This document shows positions 21,582 through 30,707 of a DNA stretch of 64,000 nt, piece after piece (the stretch's first letter is position 1; every line of letters begins with the position of its first letter). A program made the position numbers and the translations under genes. The stretch lies in IMG/VR virus record IMGVR_UViG_3300030333_003379, positions 33,524 through 97,523 of that record; one strand, given 5' to 3'. The notes beneath the pieces were generated by a model. The model had not been told where the DNA came from, made no database searches, and worked only from the letters and a program-made list of their open reading frames with translations. This DNA comes from a virus.

Positions 21582-21874
21582 TTCTTGCCATCCTCCCATT
21601 GATCACCTGTAATGTGTGAGTCAAGTTGGCTTCTGCAAGCAGACAGTCCTTCGTATGCTGCTTCTTGTTCACAATCTAAGCAGAAAAAGAAGTGAACGCC
21701 ACCACCGTCAAACGATTCTAATTCGGTTTCATAGGCATCTCTGCCACAGAAAGCACATTCGGGTGCATCCCCTCTGCCTTGATACAGACGACCCGGTGAA
21801 CGGAACTCATCTCCCGGCCGGATTGCACCCATCTTTAGAATGCGAAAACCTGCTTTGGCTGCGTCTTGACTCAT
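21569..21874 (-). CDS. Small zinc-finger protein with a variant tag (MSQDAAKAGFRILK)
   Basis: CAFC and CLDC pairs; TGATG overlap with the upstream gene. Confidence 0.55.
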   Translation of the reverse strand: MSQDAAKAGFRILKMGAIRPGDEFRSPGRLYQGRGDAPECAFCGRDAYETELESFDGGGVHFFFCLDCEQEAAYEGLSACRSQLDSHITGDQWEDGKKWQV

Positions 21875-22332
21875 CACTCATCACCCTCGCTACCTTCGGC
21901 AGCAGGGTTCAATAGTGCCTCTGCCCTTGCGGTTAGAGATGCTTTAGTTGCAGTTCTTGGTGTGGTAATGCCACGAGCCGAGAACCACTTGATCATCTCA
22001 CCACGAGTCCAATTAGGGTCAAATGGTTCTGCATCTTCTGCCTCTGCTTCTTCAACAGGTGCTTCTTCAACAGGTGCTTCTTCAACCACAGGTTCTTCGA
22101 CTACGACTTCTTCAACCACAGGTGCTTCAATGACTTCTTTCATTGCTTCTGTCTTAGAAACGGAATCATCTTCAACAAGCCAATAATTGGATTTGTCTGC
22201 TCTGAACTTTGCGGCAAGATCCTCTGGAATGTTCTCAACTCTTCGTTGTCGAGTCCAACCATAGGTTACACCATCAATGCTTGATGTGTATTCAACATAA
22301 GACCTATCGCCCTTGTAAGTGACGGTTGCCAT
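21874..22332 (-). CDS. Acidic protein with C-terminal HeH/LEM/SAP-like domain (152 aa)
   Basis: EEPVVEEAPVEEAP repeat linker, then WTRGEMIKWFSARGITTPRTATKASLTARA. Confidence 0.6.
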   Translation of the reverse strand: MATVTYKGDRSYVEYTSSIDGVTYGWTRQRRVENIPEDLAAKFRADKSNYWLVEDDSVSKTEAMKEVIEAPVVEEVVVEEPVVEEAPVEEAPVEEAEAEDAEPFDPNWTRGEMIKWFSARGITTPRTATKASLTARAEALLNPAAEGSEGDE

Positions 22333-22344
22333 CTAGCAACCCCC

Positions 22345-22692
22345 TCAAACATATAGAAGGCTCAATCTAACAACATCGGCTGTTGCTGCTGTCCAAGTAA
22401 CTGTGCCACCAGAGATGGTGTAATCAGTTGCTGCCGCAGGTGAGGCACCGGGGTTGGTTGCACCTAGAAGTGCTACTACCTTAGTTCCTGAAATACCTGC
22501 GATTTCACCTGAATCTAGTGAGAATACTGTGGATACTGTTGCTGCCTGTTTTAGATCCACAATTAGAAGATGCAATGCACCCTCTGCTGTGCCACTAATC
22601 CATGCGGTGCTGTTAGGGTCAGACCCTGCCCACATTCTGTTGTCCAATACTACTGCGCTGTCTCCGGCTGTTATGTTCGTGTTCGCTACCAT
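22345..22692 (-). CDS. Putative capsid decoration protein (115 aa)
   Basis: Directly downstream of MCP; A/T/G/V-rich; CAGGTGA SD before the ATG at 22692. Confidence 0.5.
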   Translation of the reverse strand: MVANTNITAGDSAVVLDNRMWAGSDPNSTAWISGTAEGALHLLIVDLKQAATVSTVFSLDSGEIAGISGTKVVALLGATNPGASPAAATDYTISGGTVTWTAATADVVRLSLLYV

Positions 22693-22714
22693 TGTAATCA
22701 CCTGTTATAATTCT

Positions 22715-22727
22715 CCTATTTAACCTC
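22715..22727 (-). promoter_or_regulatory. Putative BRE/TATA internal promoter GAGGTTAAATAGG
   Basis: Overlaps the MCP stop and sits upstream of the SD of the next gene. Confidence 0.5.
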
Positions 22728-23874
22728 AACTCAAGTCCCGAATCTTTCCGCTTGCTTTGAAGAAAGTGCAGATCAATTCACCCATTGTGTGGAACATACC
22801 CATTTGACCTAGACGGTTAATTCCGAATGGGTCTCCTGTTTCAATACCTGACTCGTGATATAGGGTTGGCTTTGCTGTTGTGAACCAACTGTAATCTGTG
22901 TCGAGGAAATACATACGGCTGCTTCCGTCTTTGACTACATCTTTGGATGGGATGATTGGCACACCGTTGTAAGTTGCAACCATGAATCCACCTTGGATAC
23001 CCGGAACACCCTTTACACCATTTACACCCGGAACAACTCTCTTCATCTCTACGAAGCGTTGTTGTGGCTGCAATAGTTGCTGAATGGTTTCTAGTGTATC
23101 ATAGCCTGTTAGAATGACTTTAGGCTGACCACCATCTTCCCATACGCTCTTGAACATACCGTCAAGAATGTTGAGAGTTAGAGGGCGATCTGCACCTGCT
23201 GCACCTGCATCAACATTACCATCATACCAATTTGTTGCTGTGCCAGCAGCACGAGTCAAGTTGTAGATATCGTGGTCTGTTGCATCAGAAACGAAGTTAG
23301 TTGCTGTTTCAACGAATGCACTTGAAGTAATACGGTCAAGTGAGTTGAAGTTGTTACCAGATACAGTATCAACATCAGTCAAAAGCATCTGATTGATGTG
23401 TTCTGTGTGGTGTTTTGCCATTTCCATCTTCATAACTGCACGAGCATCACCAAGACCATCATCCTTGTCTGCAAGGAACATTGCTGTTTCAGACAGATCG
23501 AATGTGTGAGCCACAGTTCGTGGCTTGGTGCTTACATGAGCAAATGTTGGCTTGGTGGTCTCTGGTAGAGTTGCGTTCTCACCAACACCGCCACCTTTCG
23601 TAAAGTCAGGCTTTGCTGTGGTTACACGCCATCCACTCTTCTCCCATGGCTTCTTAGGCAAGATAGAGAAGGCATTGAACTCTTGGTTCAACTGTGACCA
23701 AACCTTACGACCAAAGATCGCTTGGTAAGTTCCTGTGGTGCTGCTCATCAATGGACTGTCTGCCTTGAGCAAATCAGTTCCAGAGTATGCCCATGCGTTC
23801 TGTCCTGTTCCAGCCCCATAGTAAAGGCGTTCCATATCTTCAATTGTGCGAATATATCCTGTGCTTCCACTCAT
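22726..23874 (-). CDS. Major capsid protein, HK97 fold (382 aa)
   Basis: Follows protease/scaffold. FSILPKKPW, ENATLPET, HTEHINQMLL, YNGVPIIPSKDV, MYFLDT segments fit HK97-type MCPs. Candidate propeptide ends DLLK37|A. Confidence 0.9.
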   Translation of the reverse strand: MSGSTGYIRTIEDMERLYYGAGTGQNAWAYSGTDLLKADSPLMSSTTGTYQAIFGRKVWSQLNQEFNAFSILPKKPWEKSGWRVTTAKPDFTKGGGVGENATLPETTKPTFAHVSTKPRTVAHTFDLSETAMFLADKDDGLGDARAVMKMEMAKHHTEHINQMLLTDVDTVSGNNFNSLDRITSSAFVETATNFVSDATDHDIYNLTRAAGTATNWYDGNVDAGAAGADRPLTLNILDGMFKSVWEDGGQPKVILTGYDTLETIQQLLQPQQRFVEMKRVVPGVNGVKGVPGIQGGFMVATYNGVPIIPSKDVVKDGSSRMYFLDTDYSWFTTAKPTLYHESGIETGDPFGINRLGQMGMFHTMGELICTFFKASGKIRDLS

Positions 23875-23891
23875 ATCATCATCTCCTTAAT

Positions 23892-25199
23892 TCAGTTGCC
23901 CCCAAACAAGGCTCTTTGGCCTAGTTCTTCCAATGCTCTCCAGCCTTCGATACCATCACCAAGGGCTGCAAACTCTTCGTGTGTTGGAACACGAATGTCG
24001 GATGTGGAGGGAATAGGTGCTGCTGACTTCTGAATCTCTGCGTTAGTGTTTCGCAGGGATTCAATTTCAGCCTTCAATGCTGCAATTTGAGAACCGTGAT
24101 CATTCTGCTTCTGAATCTCCAACGCTCGGTTGGTTTCTGCTTCATAGCGGTCATGCCATTCTTTCTCAACAAGTGCTTTTACTGCTTCTTCATCACGAAT
24201 TGCAGAGTATGCTGCATATCCACGCTCAAGGGATTGTGGAGATAGGTCAAGACCTTGCTTGATGACTTGCCTGTTACCCTTAGCCGGGTTCATTGCCATC
24301 TGCTTTGGCTGCTTGATTACATATTTGTTGGACTTAGCGTTTGGAAGGCTAGGTGCAGATGCTAGTGTTGCATCTTCTCCACTACCAATCAAATCACCTT
24401 GTCCACGGTGAGTGTATCCGTGAGAACCATCAACGCCAACCATGTATGCCTTTCCAAGACCAAAGTGGCCTCTTAGTCCATCTAGATCGACACCTTGCTG
24501 GTGTGCAAACTTCTCAAGAGAATCAATGTATGCAATTGCTGCTTGTTCCTCTTGTTTCTGCATCACAGGCGGTGCTGCTGGTGCTTCTGCGTTCTCATTA
24601 GCCATGTGCTTGTTAATTCGGCTCAAGGCATCTCGTATTTCAGTCAATGTTTCAGTTGTTTCTGCGCTCATGTTATCATCATCCATTTTCAATAGGGTGT
24701 ATGTGCTTTCTGGGTTAATCCCCTTCTTGCACAAAGTAATTTCATGCAATTCCATATCCGTGATTTCACGGTGAGAGCCATGTTCTTCTGTGGTCTTGGA
24801 CACACGGAAAAGGGCTTGGCCCCCTATGGAAAATGCTCGCAATTCGCCAGAGCGAACTTGCTTTTGGACTTCACGAGCCTTCTCAATGTCGTCACGAATA
24901 CGGCAGACGACAAACAGGCCGTGATCATCAACGGTGGATTTCCAAACCCTGCCTTCACTATCTGTATAGGAAGGGAGAACTTCTCCAACCTGAATACCGC
25001 TATGTGCTAGTTGCACATTACGGTAAGATGGGTTCGCCATAAACCCACTAAATGCCTTCTTTAGTGCTGAAACAGGGATTCTGTCGCCCTGTTTGTCCAC
25101 CATATCAACGGAGGCATAGCCAGCAATAACTAGGTCGCCATTAACATCGGCTTTCAGAATGAACTCTGAACCCGTTGCTGACCATGTTGCGCTTGCCAT
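23892..25199 (-). CDS. Prohead protease (HK97 type) fused to scaffold (435 aa)
   Basis: LVIAGYASVDMVDKQGDRI...VQLAHS...LRAFSIGG...ELHEITLCKKGINP, then a coiled-coil C-terminus. Start revised using the GGAGTGA SD. Confidence 0.9.
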   Translation of the reverse strand: MASATWSATGSEFILKADVNGDLVIAGYASVDMVDKQGDRIPVSALKKAFSGFMANPSYRNVQLAHSGIQVGEVLPSYTDSEGRVWKSTVDDHGLFVVCRIRDDIEKAREVQKQVRSGELRAFSIGGQALFRVSKTTEEHGSHREITDMELHEITLCKKGINPESTYTLLKMDDDNMSAETTETLTEIRDALSRINKHMANENAEAPAAPPVMQKQEEQAAIAYIDSLEKFAHQQGVDLDGLRGHFGLGKAYMVGVDGSHGYTHRGQGDLIGSGEDATLASAPSLPNAKSNKYVIKQPKQMAMNPAKGNRQVIKQGLDLSPQSLERGYAAYSAIRDEEAVKALVEKEWHDRYEAETNRALEIQKQNDHGSQIAALKAEIESLRNTNAEIQKSAAPIPSTSDIRVPTHEEFAALGDGIEGWRALEELGQRALFGGN

Positions 25200-25222
25200 T
25201 GAATCACTCCAACTCATGTTAT

Positions 25223-25235
25223 GGTATTTAACCCG
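25223..25235 (-). promoter_or_regulatory. Putative BRE/TATA promoter CGGGTTAAATACC for protease-MCP
   Basis: TTAAATA about 25-30 nt upstream of the protease start; overlaps the TAA of the upstream gene. Confidence 0.5.
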
Positions 25236-28200
25236 TTTGGGCAGGGTCGGGCATAGGTGGTGGTATTTCAGGGGGTTCTTCTTCTTCCATAGGAACGCTA
25301 ATTTCTGCTTCTTTTCGCTGTTCCCGCATCGTTTTACGGGGATAACTCAATTTTGCATCACCCTGTTGAACATCTAATTCTCCTTCGACTTCTTCTCCAA
25401 CCCCATCTGTGGTTTGCAACGAAATGTGGAGGGGTTGTGGAATCTCTTGTCCATCCTCTTGTTGGAATGGATCAAACATAGGTGTCGCTTCTTCATCAAC
25501 CAATTCTGTTGGCCCTCTTGGTGCAGTTAGCATATCCATTTCACCAGACCAACCGCCCCCGGTCATACTACCAGATACACGAGCCATGTTCATTCCTTGT
25601 TTTTCCTGTATTTCGTGGTCAATTGCCTCATTTACAGTCCATTCACCCAAATCTGTGCGCTCAATACCGTATTCTGCACCCCTTTCATTTAGCAAATCTT
25701 CGGTTAATCCATTTACTGCTGCAAGAAGGTCATCCGTAGTGAATGACTTATCACTCTCTTTGATATGTTGTCTTGCATTGACTAGAATTGTATCGTTTGG
25801 CTTCAATTCACCCGTTGGTTCTAGCATAGAACGGGTAAAAATTAGTGAAGATTCACTCTCAATATAGGGTGGATAAGGGGTAATTTCACGGATATCATAC
25901 TTGTATAGGTGTGCTGCGACAGGCCCCCACAGGCTTACCTGCCTTTCAGCATGAATCGCCAAAGGACTTTCATCTTCTATGTCTAGATCTAATCCATTAC
26001 CATCCCATTCTGCCTTTACAACCAATGGAGGCAATTCTGGATATTCCAATACAATGTTACCATTAACACGAGATACATAGGGTAATGCACTCTTGGTAAT
26101 ATCACCATTTGGTGCATACAATACCCACTTATGGTGTGATTCTTTACCTTTCATAAATGTTGAAGTGGCATCTCTAAGCCATACTTCGCCACCTATTGCT
26201 TCGATATTCTTCATCAAACCATCACGGTCTGTGAACTTGCAATCTTTCGGCATTGGGAAAGATATACCTTCATCGGTTTCGTAAAGTGTGCGGAGAATTG
26301 CCAATCTATCTTCTAATGGATCCATATGGATATCTTCACCTTTATGCACCAACAAATCAATTGCTCGATAGTGATTATCTTTCAATACACCATCAAAGGT
26401 GCAATCACCAGATTGCTTTCGCAATCCTTCTTTGACTTGTTTTGGTAGTGATACATCCTGTCCTTTGCCATTATGCGCTGATATATGGCTACCACTCTTT
26501 GCTACGATAACCCTCTTACCTTCGGGTCGGCTTTGAACTACCCAATTACCTGTAAATCCTTTGAGATCATCAACAGAGCCGATATCATAGATAGTATGTG
26601 CTGGATTGATAACGGTCTTGAATACCCCTGTTGCCTCATAATCATCATCGGATTTGTGCAAATCACCACTAACGATGGGTGAAAGACCCTGTTCGTTTTG
26701 AGTGAATAGTGCTGGAACATCCTCTTGCTTAGGTTGCATTGGATGGTTTAGAATGGATGGATTGATTAGATTTACATGATCTTCGTGAACTGTGGTCTGT
26801 AATGTTTCAAACGGCTTATCTTTGACTTCAAACTTGATGCTTTTACTCGGTCTATCCCATTTCCAAGCAAGTGTTGCTGGCATTTTATGCCCCCAAGCAT
26901 CAAGATTGCCCGGTAAATGAATAGCGGGATGGGTAGCCTGTGATAAGGGATGAACCGCACCTAATTGCACTTCTTGTGGTGCATAACCACCTGCCGTTGG
27001 CATTGGTGCTTGTGTAGTGTAAGGGTTTTCACCCCTCATTAAATGGTAATTTGCTGCCTGTGCTAATTGTTGGATATTACCACGAGCAATCGAAAGTCCA
27101 CGGATATCTCCGGGTTTTGTGCTGAATAACTCTGGATGTTGTTCCATTAACTTGAGAGCCATCTCTTGCATCATTCTTCCTTGATTGAGATCTGATGCTT
27201 CATAATGTGGATTGTGATACGCCCAATACTCTTCATCACCGGGATGGCGTTCTTGGAATCTGCCCATTCGTGGCTGACCCATATCAGAGTGCATTTGCAC
27301 GATGTTGCCGATTGGCTCTTGACGCAATGCTTCAGATGGAACACTCATACGACCACCTTGACCACCGATTTCAGCAGGGTGAAGATGGTGATGGTTTGCG
27401 ATTGCGTTCCATGTTCCTCTGCGAGCATTGATTGTTCTAACTCGTGGATGTTCCGAACCTGCTTCCCACCCTGTTTTCACCGCAAATCTGTGAGGATGCT
27501 CTGCCATTGTTTCATCGTTTGCTGATACAGGGAAGAATGATGAACCACTACTATGATATCCATCTTCTGGATCATTGATAGGGTGTTCTTCATGTTCTAG
27601 CGTTCCAAGTAATTTATCTCCCAACCAACCACTAAATGCTTCTGGATAAGAGTCACGCATCAAATGAACAAATGATTTGATATCTCTACCCACACCACCC
27701 CAATGTTGGAACGGTTGCCACCAATGATGTGAAAATGAAGGTAATAGTGTTCCGGGTTCTGCATCTTTCATCCATCCCTTTACCCAAGGTGATTTTAGAT
27801 GTGCAAGGCTATCATCCTCATTAGGACTAGAAACGGGGCCATGCCTATGTTGTGGTCTTGCCCACCATCGAGCCATTGGAATCATACGCTCATACCAATT
27901 ACGCTTTGCTCTCTCCCAAGACATTCCTGTTGCTGCCTTGAAATCATTCATAATTTTCTTTGCTTCGGGGCTATCATGCCTTTCTGTTCCGCCTAATTTT
28001 CGCAATGCGCCCATGAAAGCATCTGTTTGCTCTGGTGTTTGCCATTCTGTTCCGAATAAATATGAAAGCAAACCTAAACGAGAAGTGCGCCCGTTCCATT
28101 GCTCACGCTTCAAATCTTCATATTCCTCTTGAGAAAGGAACTCATGCCGACTACGATCTGCTACATACAAATCTTTGAGTGTTTCAGCAGGTCGGCCAAC

Positions 28201-28701
28201 AAACTCTTCCATATCTCGTGGAATAAGACCCATTCGCTCATTTTCGTGCATCTGATGAATAATACTCTGTCCATCTTCATCTTCTTCAATTAAGTGCATC
28301 AAGTGATCAACAAAGTGTGGGTCGCCCCATTGCGCCCCATGTAATAATGGGCATGAAGGCAATTCCCATGATAACGGATGCCTATCCCCAAACGGGTTGT
28401 CGTCATGTGCTTGCGGCCAATCTTGTGCATAACTTGTGGTAAATCTCCTATTTGGAATATAGGACATATCATTTGGTAATTTGATATTGGCAAGTGGGTT
28501 AGGGCGATTCAAATCTCGCATCTTATACTGTTTAGGAGGGGCAACCATCCCCGCCATTAGTGCAGCATCCTCTTTTTCTAATTTGGTATAATCATCGTAG
28601 TATAGTGCTACGGCCTTAACGAAATCATCACGAATCTCTTGGTTTGTGATGAAAGACAGAGCCGTATCGGTTCTTATTCTGATAAACTCTGCTCTGTCCA
28701 T
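25228..28701 (-). CDS. Large head-module protein (1157 aa) containing an ATP-dependent DNA ligase-like nucleotidyltransferase domain (~26090-26660)
   Basis: WVVQSRPEGKRV (motif I variant), CTFDGVL (III), YRAIDLL (IIIa), GEVWLRD (IV), KWVLY (V). Confidence 0.7.
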   Translation of the reverse strand: MDRAEFIRIRTDTALSFITNQEIRDDFVKAVALYYDDYTKLEKEDAALMAGMVAPPKQYKMRDLNRPNPLANIKLPNDMSYIPNRRFTTSYAQDWPQAHDDNPFGDRHPLSWELPSCPLLHGAQWGDPHFVDHLMHLIEEDEDGQSIIHQMHENERMGLIPRDMEEFVGRPAETLKDLYVADRSRHEFLSQEEYEDLKREQWNGRTSRLGLLSYLFGTEWQTPEQTDAFMGALRKLGGTERHDSPEAKKIMNDFKAATGMSWERAKRNWYERMIPMARWWARPQHRHGPVSSPNEDDSLAHLKSPWVKGWMKDAEPGTLLPSFSHHWWQPFQHWGGVGRDIKSFVHLMRDSYPEAFSGWLGDKLLGTLEHEEHPINDPEDGYHSSGSSFFPVSANDETMAEHPHRFAVKTGWEAGSEHPRVRTINARRGTWNAIANHHHLHPAEIGGQGGRMSVPSEALRQEPIGNIVQMHSDMGQPRMGRFQERHPGDEEYWAYHNPHYEASDLNQGRMMQEMALKLMEQHPELFSTKPGDIRGLSIARGNIQQLAQAANYHLMRGENPYTTQAPMPTAGGYAPQEVQLGAVHPLSQATHPAIHLPGNLDAWGHKMPATLAWKWDRPSKSIKFEVKDKPFETLQTTVHEDHVNLINPSILNHPMQPKQEDVPALFTQNEQGLSPIVSGDLHKSDDDYEATGVFKTVINPAHTIYDIGSVDDLKGFTGNWVVQSRPEGKRVIVAKSGSHISAHNGKGQDVSLPKQVKEGLRKQSGDCTFDGVLKDNHYRAIDLLVHKGEDIHMDPLEDRLAILRTLYETDEGISFPMPKDCKFTDRDGLMKNIEAIGGEVWLRDATSTFMKGKESHHKWVLYAPNGDITKSALPYVSRVNGNIVLEYPELPPLVVKAEWDGNGLDLDIEDESPLAIHAERQVSLWGPVAAHLYKYDIREITPYPPYIESESSLIFTRSMLEPTGELKPNDTILVNARQHIKESDKSFTTDDLLAAVNGLTEDLLNERGAEYGIERTDLGEWTVNEAIDHEIQEKQGMNMARVSGSMTGGGWSGEMDMLTAPRGPTELVDEEATPMFDPFQQEDGQEIPQPLHISLQTTDGVGEEVEGELDVQQGDAKLSYPRKTMREQRKEAEISVPMEEEEPPEIPPPMPDPAQTG

Positions 28702-28712
28702 GTGTTCACCCC

Positions 28713-29345
28713 TTACGAGAGGCGACCCATCAACACTTCTAATTCCGAAGCGATTTCCTCAACCAATCCGGGGTTGCCATATCCACCCGCCTTCTTCAAT
28801 TGCATCATTGCATCTGTAATTGGGGCATTCCATTGATAAGTTCCGCCTTTATCATTCAAGTGCATATGCAAACTACTACCCTTTTCATCATATCCTGTTT
28901 GCGATACTGATGGGATTTTTGCCTTTTCTGTGATGAAGGTCTTTTTGGTATTCACATCATTCCAATCTGGAATTGTTTGATTAGTGTGATAATTGATTGC
29001 TTCAACTGCTGTGCCTCCACTATGATCCATAAATGTTGGAACGGAGTTCTCGACACTTGGCTCTTGCTCGTATTTGACTACAATTCCTTTTTCACGAAGG
29101 AACTCTGTGGTTTTACAAGTAGAACCCATTTTATCATCTTCACCCTTCTTTGGTTTGTTATGCTTCTGCTTTTTGGACTTAGGTAATTCTGGTGGTGCTT
29201 TCTGTCCACGGTCAGATTTGTAATCTGCTGTTTCTGCACCATGGTCAGAATAATCTGAACATCCGATATTCTTCTCAAGTTCTTTGACTATTGCCAATAA
29301 TTCGCCTTCTGGCGTATCCATAGGGTCTTTCCATCTTGGTTGCAT
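28713..29345 (-). CDS. Head-module hypothetical protein (210 aa), scaffold/internal-protein-like
   Basis: Start revised to MQPRWKD using GGTGA; several hydrophobic-x-K motifs (IVK, LEK, VVK, LKK). Confidence 0.6.
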   Translation of the reverse strand: MQPRWKDPMDTPEGELLAIVKELEKNIGCSDYSDHGAETADYKSDRGQKAPPELPKSKKQKHNKPKKGEDDKMGSTCKTTEFLREKGIVVKYEQEPSVENSVPTFMDHSGGTAVEAINYHTNQTIPDWNDVNTKKTFITEKAKIPSVSQTGYDEKGSSLHMHLNDKGGTYQWNAPITDAMMQLKKAGGYGNPGLVEEIASELEVLMGRLS

Positions 29346-29350
29346 TGTAA

Positions 29351-29698
29351 TCACCTGTATGTTTTTCCTGATGGTGAAGATGGTGTTGGAATTGCTTCCT
29401 CCATCTGTTGCCATTCTCTTAATTCCTCATCACGACTTTTACTGATGATATCTTGATTGAATCCGAATAATTGCTCATCGTTACCAGATCTGTTTAGTGG
29501 GTCATATGCTTCTTCTGCTAATGGTGTAATAGCCTTGAGCCACCCTGCCTTCTTCATCATGGTTTCAGGGTCATCAACGGCTTTGATAAGTGAATTGTTG
29601 TTTGATTCTAGTTGCTCGACACGCTTACGCAGAGTGCGAATCTCTTCAACCATCTCTTTTAGCAAATCTGCTGTGGCTTCTCCGATTTCCTCACTCAT
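29351..29698 (-). CDS. Coiled-coil scaffold-like protein (115 aa)
   Basis: LLKEMVEEIRTLRKRVEQLE heptads; LIK|A and ISK|S motifs. Confidence 0.6.
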   Translation of the reverse strand: MSEEIGEATADLLKEMVEEIRTLRKRVEQLESNNNSLIKAVDDPETMMKKAGWLKAITPLAEEAYDPLNRSGNDEQLFGFNQDIISKSRDEELREWQQMEEAIPTPSSPSGKTYR

Positions 29699-29699
29699 A

Positions 29700-30314
29700 T
29701 CACATACCTCCCATCATTGGGCCGGGCATTGGCATTCCGCCCGGTGGCATACCTGCTGGCCCCGGTGCTGGCATATTTTGTGGTGGCATTTCACCTTGTG
29801 ATGCCATCATGGGATCCATACCCATATCTGCACCCGGTGCGCCATGGCCTACCATTTCGGGGTTTTGACTACGAATTACTTTGATAATTTTACAAAGTCC
29901 TTCAACACGGTTTCTCAATTCTGTGATGTGTTCTCCGAATCTATCAGGCAAATCCATTTGCAAATTATCCATAGTGGCTTGCATATCAATTGTGCCAAGA
30001 TGATTGGTTAAATCAACTGCAATGTCTGTAAGCCTTGAGTGTGCGTCTGCTAATGCTTCTTCATTTGAACCATATACTTGGGCATTTTGTGCTGCCATCA
30101 TATCATCTGGTGATGGTTCAGCACCGCCCATTGGTGGTGCAGGTGGTGATTCGATTGGAGGGCTTACACCTGCTGGCATAGCAGCAGTTCCTGTTTGACC
30201 TTCTTCACCATCTTGCTTACGCAATAATGAAGCCTTGAAATCCAAGACCCTCATGCGGTCTGCTATTGATGGGTTTCCTCTATACATCTTAATCACTCGG
30301 ATTGTGGTCGCCAT
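29700..30314 (-). CDS. Hypothetical protein with P/M/G-rich tails (204 aa)
   Basis: Helical core flanked by low-complexity segments; in the head operon. Confidence 0.6.
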   Translation of the reverse strand: MATTIRVIKMYRGNPSIADRMRVLDFKASLLRKQDGEEGQTGTAAMPAGVSPPIESPPAPPMGGAEPSPDDMMAAQNAQVYGSNEEALADAHSRLTDIAVDLTNHLGTIDMQATMDNLQMDLPDRFGEHITELRNRVEGLCKIIKVIRSQNPEMVGHGAPGADMGMDPMMASQGEMPPQNMPAPGPAGMPPGGMPMPGPMMGGM

Positions 30315-30661
30315 ACATTTCTGCGACCATACCGAGATACACCGAGAACTACTGCCCCTTCTGTGCCGTCATAATCGCTTGATGTTTGATTGTGTTGTGA
30401 AATGTTACCCATTGGTAATCCTTCACCTTGAATGACTACTTCTTCACTCTTTTTCAATGCAGCATTTTCAAATGACTTTGCTAGATTCATATCTCGTTCA
30501 AGCACAGCAAGCGCATTTTTTGCTTCTTCAATGTGCTTTGCAACATCATCTAAATTATTGTGGGTAATAGCCGAGTGCATTGCTTCAATACTTGCTTGCG
30601 CCCTTCTCGCCATAGGATCCATTTTTGCTAAGATTCCAAAATCCATGAAACTGTCCGTCAT
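30293..30661 (-). CDS. Hypothetical helical head-module protein (~122 aa)
   Basis: ILAK|M, LAK|S and LKK|S motifs; follows portal. Confidence 0.6.
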   Translation of the reverse strand: MTDSFMDFGILAKMDPMARRAQASIEAMHSAITHNNLDDVAKHIEEAKNALAVLERDMNLAKSFENAALKKSEEVVIQGEGLPMGNISQHNQTSSDYDGTEGAVVLGVSRYGRRNVWRPQSE

Positions 30662-30707
30662 GCCAATCAACCTATCCGATACATTCCCTCTTATTGAGCA
30701 TTCCCCT

